Part shown: positions 57,810 through 64,000 of the stretch, piece by piece | Position numbering within the stretch: position 1 is the stretch's first letter | How the letters are laid out: every line of letters starts with the position of its first letter | NCBI GenBank assembly: GCA_036338695.1 | Contig: JAYZBQ010000015.1 | Span: 32,001 to 96,000 of the forward strand | Direction: 5' to 3' | Origin: Myxococcota bacterium | GTDB taxonomy: Bacteria > Myxococcota > UBA4151 | Length of the DNA stretch: 64,000 nucleotides | Made by a program: the position numbers and the translations under genes | The notes under the pieces: model-generated | What the model was told of the DNA's origin: nothing | The model's input: only the letters and a program-made list of their open reading frames with translations | The model's database searches: none

Positions 57810-59240
57810 GTGGCCAAAGAGCGTCTGAGCGCAATGGACATTGGTGATCTCAGGCGCCGCATCCGCGAAGCCGATCAAGCCGGCGACCGCCAGAAGCAGG
57901 TCGAGCTGCTCAGGCAGCTGTGTGAGCACGAGGTCAACGACCTTCGCAGTCGCCAGCGACTCGGGCATCTGCTCAAGGACCTCGGCTACGACGCCGAGGC
58001 GACGCGCGAGCTCCAGCGCTGCGCCTCCGGCTATGCGACCGAGGGCTTCCTGAATCGTGCCATCCAGATCGTCAAGACCTTGGTCGAGTTCAACCCGGGT
58101 GACCAAGTCGCGCTGCGTGCTTTGCAAGGGCTCTATGCCAGGCGGCAATCGAGCAGCCCGTCGGTGGGGCCGATCCCAGGGTTTGAGCCGGCGCCCTTTG
58201 ACCCTGTCTCCGCAGGAGAAGATCACACGTCGCGTCTCGAGGAGCTCGGGCGTGAACAGACCGATCCCAACCTGTCGGTTCCGCCCCGACTCGGCTTTGT
58301 TCGTGCACGACGTACGGCGGAATTCGAAGCGGTCGAGCCCGAGCGGGATCTCGGCGACCTGGTCGCAAGCGCCATGGAGCTTGAGGACCAACCCAGCGAT
58401 GAGGATGGTCAAGGTCGCTCGATTACGCTGCCTTTGTTCGGTGCGCTGCCCGAGCGAGCGCAGGCGGAGATCCTCGAGACCATGGAGTCGCACCGCTTTG
58501 AGAGCGGCGAGTACATGTTTCACCAAGGTGAGACGGACCCGAAGCTGTGGATGCTCCGCAGCGGGCGGGTGGAGGTGAGGCGACGCGTCGGCGATGAAGA
58601 GCAGATGCTGGCGCGTTTAGGCCACGGCGCCGTGCTCGGTGAGATGAGCATCTTTGATGACTCGCCTCGGTCGGCCTCAGCGATCACCCTCGGAAAAGTC
58701 TCAGCGTACAGTATGACGCGCCAGCACCTTGAGAAGATCTGGGCGCAGTACCCGATGGTACATAAAACCTTGCTCAAAAATTACCGGCTCCGCCATCTCC
58801 GGAACCTGGTCGCCTACGCGCCCTTCATGCAATTCATCCCTGAGGATCACCGCCGCGGCGTCGCCATGCTGTTTCGGGTGCGAGAGGTGCCTGCGGGTGC
58901 GGTCTTGATCGGTGGCGATGAGCCGGAGGAGCAGGGGATCTTAGGGGTGCTCGGTGGGCGCGTGCGGGTCGAATACCGAGCGCCGGCTGGAGAGCTCCGT
59001 CAACTCGCGATCTTGGGCCCGGGCTCGCTGTTTGGATACGACGCCGACCTGCTGGGGCTCGAGCAGCCCTTTCGTTACGTGACGAACGGGCGCGCCTCGA
59101 TCCTGCGCATGAACGTGCGCTCGATGCGCAGCCTGCTCCAAGCTCATCAACCCCTCGAGACCTACTTGAAAGAGCTCGCCGAGCGTCGACGAGACAGCGC
59201 CCAGCGGATCGTGGCGGCACAGAACGACTTCGCGACCTGA
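57810..59240 (+). CDS. TPR-like + tandem cyclic-nucleotide-binding domain protein
   Basis: Helical N-terminus; F.QGE...SGRVEV...GEMSIFDDSPRSASA; second cNMP-like domain; GAGG RBS. Confidence 0.82.
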   Translation: MAKERLSAMDIGDLRRRIREADQAGDRQKQVELLRQLCEHEVNDLRSRQRLGHLLKDLGYDAEATRELQRCASGYATEGFLNRAIQIVKTLVEFNPGDQVALRALQGLYARRQSSSPSVGPIPGFEPAPFDPVSAGEDHTSRLEELGREQTDPNLSVPPRLGFVRARRTAEFEAVEPERDLGDLVASAMELEDQPSDEDGQGRSITLPLFGALPERAQAEILETMESHRFESGEYMFHQGETDPKLWMLRSGRVEVRRRVGDEEQMLARLGHGAVLGEMSIFDDSPRSASAITLGKVSAYSMTRQHLEKIWAQYPMVHKTLLKNYRLRHLRNLVAYAPFMQFIPEDHRRGVAMLFRVREVPAGAVLIGGDEPEEQGILGVLGGRVRVEYRAPAGELRQLAILGPGSLFGYDADLLGLEQPFRYVTNGRASILRMNVRSMRSLLQAHQPLETYLKELAERRRDSAQRIVAAQNDFAT

Positions 59241-59322
59241 GCGGTTCGGCTCGAGCCAACCACCGCGCCGGCTCGACCGCAGGCGGTTGCTGTGGCAGAC
59301 TTCTGGCTAGGTAGGAGTCGGG

Positions 59323-61815
59323 ATGCGAAAGCTAAGCCTCATGGTCGTCGCCCTCCTCGGTGTTGCGTGCGGAGACGTCAGCGCACCTGAGTCCGAGCGC
59401 TGCGGCGCGTGTGTGCTCCCCCAAGCCGAAGCTGCCTGTGCTGCTGGCGCCTGCCGGCTCATCGCCTGCGAGGACGGCTTCTTTGACCTCAACGAGCTGC
59501 CTGAGGACGGCTGCGAGTATGCCTGCGCGCCCAACCTGCCAGGGATCGAGATCTGCGACGGTGAGGACAACGACTGCGACGGGCGGGTCGACGAAGGCTA
59601 TCGGCTCGAGACGGACCTGATGAACTGCGGCGCCTGCGATCGACGTTGCGAGGCGCCGAATGGCGTCCCGGTCTGCGTAGGAGGTGAATGCAGGACCCAG
59701 CTGTGTGACGAGGGTTTCTTAGATTGCGACGAAGAGCGCCCAGGCTGCGAGACCGAGCGCTTGAGCGTCGAACACTGCCTGAGCTGTGGTCACGCGTGCA
59801 GCTATGCCAACGCAGACGGTGTCTGCAGCGACGAGGGCTGTTCGATGGGCGCCTGTCACGCAGGCTTTCATGATCTCAACGAGGACCGTGAGGACGGCTG
59901 TGAGTATGCCTGCGTGGTCTCGGAGGAGCCCACGGAGGTCTGTGATCAGGTCGATAACGACTGCGACGGACGCGTCGACGAGGACTTTGACCTGCGGGTG
60001 AGCCTTCAGCATTGCGGCGCGTGCAACAACCCGTGTGATCCGCTGAACGCCGTCGGCGCGTGCGTTGACGGGCTGTGCCAACTGCTCGCCTGCGTCGAGG
60101 GGTACGGCAACTGCGATGAGGGTCGATTTGGCTGCGAGACGGACCTCAAAACCATGGAGAACTGCGGCGCCTGCGGTCAGGTCTGTCAGCTGGCGAACGC
60201 CACCGCAACCTGTGCCACCGGGCACTGCCGGCTCGAGGGTTGCGACGAGGGCTGGTACAATATCAACGGCGATGACAGCGACGGGTGTGAATACCAATGC
60301 GTCGATTTCGCGCCTGGACCCGATCTACCCGACCCAGAGTTTCGGGACACGAATTGTGACGGGATCGACGGTGAGGTTGATCAGGCGGTGTTCGTCGCGA
60401 GCTACGGGATGGATAACCCCTTTTGCAACCCGACGAGCCCGTGTCTGAGCGTCAGCCATGCCCTGCAGGTCGCAGCGCAATCGGGTAAGCGGGAGGCGTA
60501 TCTCATGGGTGGGCGTTACGAGGGCGTCGTCAACCTGGTGAATGGCGTCTCGATCTATGGTGGCTACGATGGTCGCTGGCGGCGAAGCGCCGAGCCCGAA
60601 GGTCAGGTTGAGCTGGTCGGCGAGGTGCGAGAGCAAGACCAACAGGCGGTGACGATCGTCGGCGCCTTCGTGAGCGCGCAGATCGCCGACGTGACCCTGA
60701 CGAGCCCTTCCGCCTCGGGACAGCACCAAGGGCGCGGCGCGAGCAGCCAAACGGTCCACGTCGTGAGCTCCAACATCGTCTTGCGCCGGGTGGCCTTTCG
60801 ACCGGGCGCAGGGGCGAGCGGTCAAGCGGGTGCGGCGGGCGCGGGGAGTGGTCAGCAAGGGGGCGCCCCGCCAGGAGCCGCCGGCGGGGGTGCTCGTCGG
60901 TACAACACCACCTGTGACAGCTCGTCGCGCGGCGGCGGTGGTGCCGGCGCAAGCGGTGGTTGTGGTGGCGGAACACGCGGCGGCAACGGCGGCAGCGGTG
61001 GTACAATGGACAGCAACTGCAGCATCTGGAGCCTCAACTACAGCGCGCGCGGGGGGAACCGTGGCGCACACGCCGCTGACCGTCGTCAGGGCGCCGGTGG
61101 TGGCGGTGGCGGCGGCGGTCGCTGCGGTCAGGGCGGCGACGGCGCAGCCGGCTCGACCCTGCATGGCGCTGGCGGCGGAGGTGCCGCTCAAGGCGGTCGT
61201 GTGCTCGACAACTTTTGGTACGCCCACGACGGCGCGCCTGGCGGCATGGGGCAGCATGGCACCGGCGGTGGTGGTGGTGGCGGCAGCGGCGGCTGCGATG
61301 ACGGCACCGATGCGCATGGCGCTGGCGGTGGCGGTGGGGGCGCTGGCGGATGCCGAGCCGCTCGAGCAGGAGCCGGAGGGTTTGGAGCCGGCGGCAGCTT
61401 CGGTGTGGTGGCGATTGAGAGCAGCCTGCAGGTGTACAGCTCGACGTTCTATCAAGGACAAGGTGGCGCAGGCGGAGCCGGTGGCTTAGCGGGCGCTGGT
61501 CAGCCCGGCGGGCTCGGTGGTCGAGGTGGTAGTGGCGCAGGCGGCGCTCGCCGCGGCGGTCACGGCGGGGTCGGCGGTCACGGCGGTCACAGCGGCGGCG
61601 GTGGCGGCGGCGCGGGTGGAAACTCGCTGGCGGTCTTGAGATTAGGTGGGCAGTTCCTGCAGGCGCAGAACCAGTTTGAGGGCGGCGCCCCTGGTGCCGG
61701 CGGCGCGGGAGGTGGACAGCCGCCCGGTCGCAACGGCGCCAACGGCGGCGGTGGCGGAGCCGGTGGGCAGCATGGAGCGTTCGGTGTGTGCGCCCAGCGG
61801 GAGGCATGCCAATGA
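59323..61815 (+). CDS. Lipoprotein with MopE-like Cys repeats, beta-helix and glycine-rich region
   Basis: AGGAG RBS; lipobox GVAC; EICDG.DNDCDGRVDE twice; NCGAC repeats; DTNCDGIDG...VFV; Gly-rich tail. Confidence 0.82.
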   Translation: MRKLSLMVVALLGVACGDVSAPESERCGACVLPQAEAACAAGACRLIACEDGFFDLNELPEDGCEYACAPNLPGIEICDGEDNDCDGRVDEGYRLETDLMNCGACDRRCEAPNGVPVCVGGECRTQLCDEGFLDCDEERPGCETERLSVEHCLSCGHACSYANADGVCSDEGCSMGACHAGFHDLNEDREDGCEYACVVSEEPTEVCDQVDNDCDGRVDEDFDLRVSLQHCGACNNPCDPLNAVGACVDGLCQLLACVEGYGNCDEGRFGCETDLKTMENCGACGQVCQLANATATCATGHCRLEGCDEGWYNINGDDSDGCEYQCVDFAPGPDLPDPEFRDTNCDGIDGEVDQAVFVASYGMDNPFCNPTSPCLSVSHALQVAAQSGKREAYLMGGRYEGVVNLVNGVSIYGGYDGRWRRSAEPEGQVELVGEVREQDQQAVTIVGAFVSAQIADVTLTSPSASGQHQGRGASSQTVHVVSSNIVLRRVAFRPGAGASGQAGAAGAGSGQQGGAPPGAAGGGARRYNTTCDSSSRGGGGAGASGGCGGGTRGGNGGSGGTMDSNCSIWSLNYSARGGNRGAHAADRRQGAGGGGGGGGRCGQGGDGAAGSTLHGAGGGGAAQGGRVLDNFWYAHDGAPGGMGQHGTGGGGGGGSGGCDDGTDAHGAGGGGGGAGGCRAARAGAGGFGAGGSFGVVAIESSLQVYSSTFYQGQGGAGGAGGLAGAGQPGGLGGRGGSGAGGARRGGHGGVGGHGGHSGGGGGGAGGNSLAVLRLGGQFLQAQNQFEGGAPGAGGAGGGQPPGRNGANGGGGGAGGQHGAFGVCAQREACQ

Positions 61816-63302
61816 GGCGGCTCGTGATCGTCTTGCTCGCCGTGGCGAGCTGCGGCGAGGACACCGTGGTGGTCCGCGAGGTCGCGGCGACCTGCGGTAA
61901 CGGAGAGGTCGAGACGGGGGAGCAGTGCGACGATGGCAACCTCGACGCTGCGGACGCCTGCACCGATTCGTGTCGAGTGGCGCGTTGCGGCGACGCCGTC
62001 CAGCGCTCGGATCTGAGCTTGGATGATCTCGATTATGAAGGCTGTGACGACGGCAATTCGAGCGAAGATGATGGCTGCACAAACACCTGCCGCCCCGCCG
62101 TCTGCGGCGACGGCTTGGTGCGGACCGATATCCCACCGGGCGCGCCGGGCTACGAGGCGTGTGATGACGGCAACGCGATCGATCAGGACGGATGTCTGAG
62201 CAGCTGCCAGTTGGCGCGTTGCGGCGACGGGATTCGGCGCGCGGATCGCCGCCCCGATGAAGAGGGCTACGAAGTCTGTGACGACGGCAACGACGACGAG
62301 ACAGATCAGTGTCGGAGAGACTGCACTGGCGCCGTCTGCGGCGACGGGATCGTCAGCGACGGTGAGGTCTGCGATGACGGCAATGATGATGAGGACGACG
62401 GCTGCACCTCGCGATGTACTGCGCCAACCTGCGGTGACGGGGCGCTTCAGGCCGCCGCAGGCGAGCAATGCGATGATGGCAACACGGACGAGGCGGATGG
62501 GTGCACCAACCGGTGCCTGCTCGCAGCCTGCGGCGATGGGATCGTGCGCCAAGATCTCGAGCCGGGTGAGGCGGGCTACGAGTTTTGTGACGACGGCAAC
62601 CTCGCCGACGCCGACGCCTGCACAGCGGCTTGCGTTGTGGCGCGCTGTGGTGACGGGATCGTCCGAGGCGATCTGGTGCCTGGCCGTGAGGGCTTTGAAG
62701 ACTGCGATGACGGCAACCAAGTGGGCGGCGACGGCTGCGCTTCAGACTGCCGCATGGAGCGTTGCGGCAACGGTCGGGTCGACCCGGGGGAAGACTGCGA
62801 TGACGCCAACCTGCGCAACGACGATGAGTGCAGCAACGCGTGCCTGGCGCGCAGCGCCTGCTCAGCGCAGGCCGAATGGCGCTTTGAGATCACGCCAAAC
62901 CTTTGGGTCTGTATGAACGATGCGGTGGTGGAGACCTATGAGGACAGCGACGCCTTGTGCGGCGCGAGCGCAACGCCTGCGACGCACGCGCTCGTTGAGA
63001 ACCTGCGCGAGCCCTCTGTCGCCGAGAACCAAGCGTTCTGGAGCTGGTACGATGAGCGCGAGGGAGCGCCCCCGGCGTCCTACATTCGGACGGGGCAGAA
63101 GCGACGGGGGGGATGTACCCGGGAGGCTTATGGCGACCTGCTGATTACGCGTTGGTGGGATGGGAGCGAGCGCGGCGCCTGGGGCGATCTCTTTCGAGGC
63201 GGCTCAAGCTGTCAGGCGCCAAGCTCGGATGTCGCCAACATGGGGCGTGCGCTGACCGGCGTGGTCTGCGTGCGCGGAGCCTATGCGCCACCTGCCCCGT
63301 AG
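61812..63302 (+). CDS. Myxococcus Cys-rich repeat (DUF4215-like) lipoprotein with C-terminal globular domain
   Basis: Lipobox VASC; nine CG(D/N)...E.CDD(G/A)N....D.C...C repeats; ATGA overlap. Confidence 0.85.
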   Translation: MRRLVIVLLAVASCGEDTVVVREVAATCGNGEVETGEQCDDGNLDAADACTDSCRVARCGDAVQRSDLSLDDLDYEGCDDGNSSEDDGCTNTCRPAVCGDGLVRTDIPPGAPGYEACDDGNAIDQDGCLSSCQLARCGDGIRRADRRPDEEGYEVCDDGNDDETDQCRRDCTGAVCGDGIVSDGEVCDDGNDDEDDGCTSRCTAPTCGDGALQAAAGEQCDDGNTDEADGCTNRCLLAACGDGIVRQDLEPGEAGYEFCDDGNLADADACTAACVVARCGDGIVRGDLVPGREGFEDCDDGNQVGGDGCASDCRMERCGNGRVDPGEDCDDANLRNDDECSNACLARSACSAQAEWRFEITPNLWVCMNDAVVETYEDSDALCGASATPATHALVENLREPSVAENQAFWSWYDEREGAPPASYIRTGQKRRGGCTREAYGDLLITRWWDGSERGAWGDLFRGGSSCQAPSSDVANMGRALTGVVCVRGAYAPPAP

Positions 63303-63312
63303 AGCGATCTGT

Positions 63313-64000
63313 GTGATCAGGGCGCTCGGCCTGCTGGCGTTGTCCCTGTCGCAAGCCTGCGACTCATCGCCGGGTGACGCTCAAGAAAGCCTCGTCTGCC
63401 AGCCGAGTTGCGGCGCAAATCAGCGCTGCGCTGAGGCGCAATGCCTCTGTGCGCCCGGGTTTAACGACTGCGACGGGCTCGCCGATAATGGCTGCGAGCG
63501 CGCCGGCGCTTGCGTCTGCCAGCACGGCGCCGTCGAGAGCTGCTACAGCGGCATGGAGGGGACCGCTGATGTCGGTCGCTGTGTCGCCGGCCGGCGCTCG
63601 TGTTTCGGGGGTGCTTGGACGGTCTGCGAGGGAGAGGTCGTCCCCGGCGTCGAGGTCTGCGCTGATGGGGTCGATAATGACTGTGATGGGGTCGTTGACG
63701 AAGACGACGACCTCGACGGAGACGGTTTTGGACGCTGCAGCGGGGATTGCTGTGATGACCCCTCTGTCTGCGGCGACCCAGCCTCGGTTAACCCAGCCGC
63801 CTTTGACTTTCCGGATAACGGTCAGGATGACGACTGTGACGGCAGCGAGGTCACGGCTGCTACGTCGCTGTGCGAGCAGCCCAGCGTTTTGAGCGGTGCG
63901 ACCGCCTACGACCTCGCCGCTGCGATGGAGCTGTGCCAGCGCACGACAGACGATCAGCCTGCTTGGGGGCTCCTCTCAGCCGAGCTGACGCAGGTGCAGC
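63313..64000 (+). CDS. Cys-rich MopE-like lipoprotein, 3'-partial (missing from the ORF track)
   Basis: My translation from GTG 63313: MIRALGLLALSLSQACDSS...CYSG..GT..VGRC..G...C...EVCADGVDNDCDGVVDE; open to the window end. Confidence 0.8.
   Translation, partial: MIRALGLLALSLSQACDSSPGDAQESLVCQPSCGANQRCAEAQCLCAPGFNDCDGLADNGCERAGACVCQHGAVESCYSGMEGTADVGRCVAGRRSCFGGAWTVCEGEVVPGVEVCADGVDNDCDGVVDEDDDLDGDGFGRCSGDCCDDPSVCGDPASVNPAAFDFPDNGQDDDCDGSEVTAATSLCEQPSVLSGATAYDLAAAMELCQRTTDDQPAWGLLSAELTQVQ

Noticed and set aside
61890..62845. Recurrent TGCGACGACGGCAAC-like DNA repeats as a CRISPR array
   Set aside because: Degenerate at third codon positions and in frame; these are protein repeats
62850..63302. 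Lectin-like tip as a diversity-generating retroelement target
   Set aside because: No reverse transcriptase or template-repeat copy seen in the window
63374..63892. 172-aa ORF in the track
   Set aside because: Wrong frame; the frame starting at 63313 encodes a coherent Cys-rich lipoprotein

Overview
High-GC, gene-dense bacterial chromosomal window that looks like Myxococcota or a related deltaproteobacterial lineage. This is inferred from the eukaryotic-like Ser/Thr kinases, Myxococcus-type Cys-rich repeats and a gltI/gltJ-like gene pair. It holds about 50 CDS, one tRNA-Arg(CCT) and two clear intrinsic terminators. I saw no integrase, transposase, CRISPR array or rRNA. Housekeeping genes include a fused E1 alpha/beta 2-oxoacid dehydrogenase, a heterodimeric ABC exporter, tmk-mutS-dprA-trmFO, rnhB::yraN-rsmI, a thiolase-hbd-crt-acd-acd operon, panC, tdk-upp-hpt, HMG-CoA lyase and an ABC-F ATPase. 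Interspersed among them are nine modular Cys-rich surface lipoproteins: two triplets and three singletons. Best leads: (1) a PafB/PafC-like WYL pair outside Actinobacteria, with no pafA or proteasome genes in the window, overlapping an RseP protease gene and lying upstream of DNA repair/transformation genes; (2) a set of Cys-rich-stalk, variable-tip lipoproteins with nested domain insertions and polyglycine modules; (3) an RNase HII-YraN fusion; (4) a three-hairpin structured intergenic RNA. All calls come from reading motifs by eye; no database search was run.
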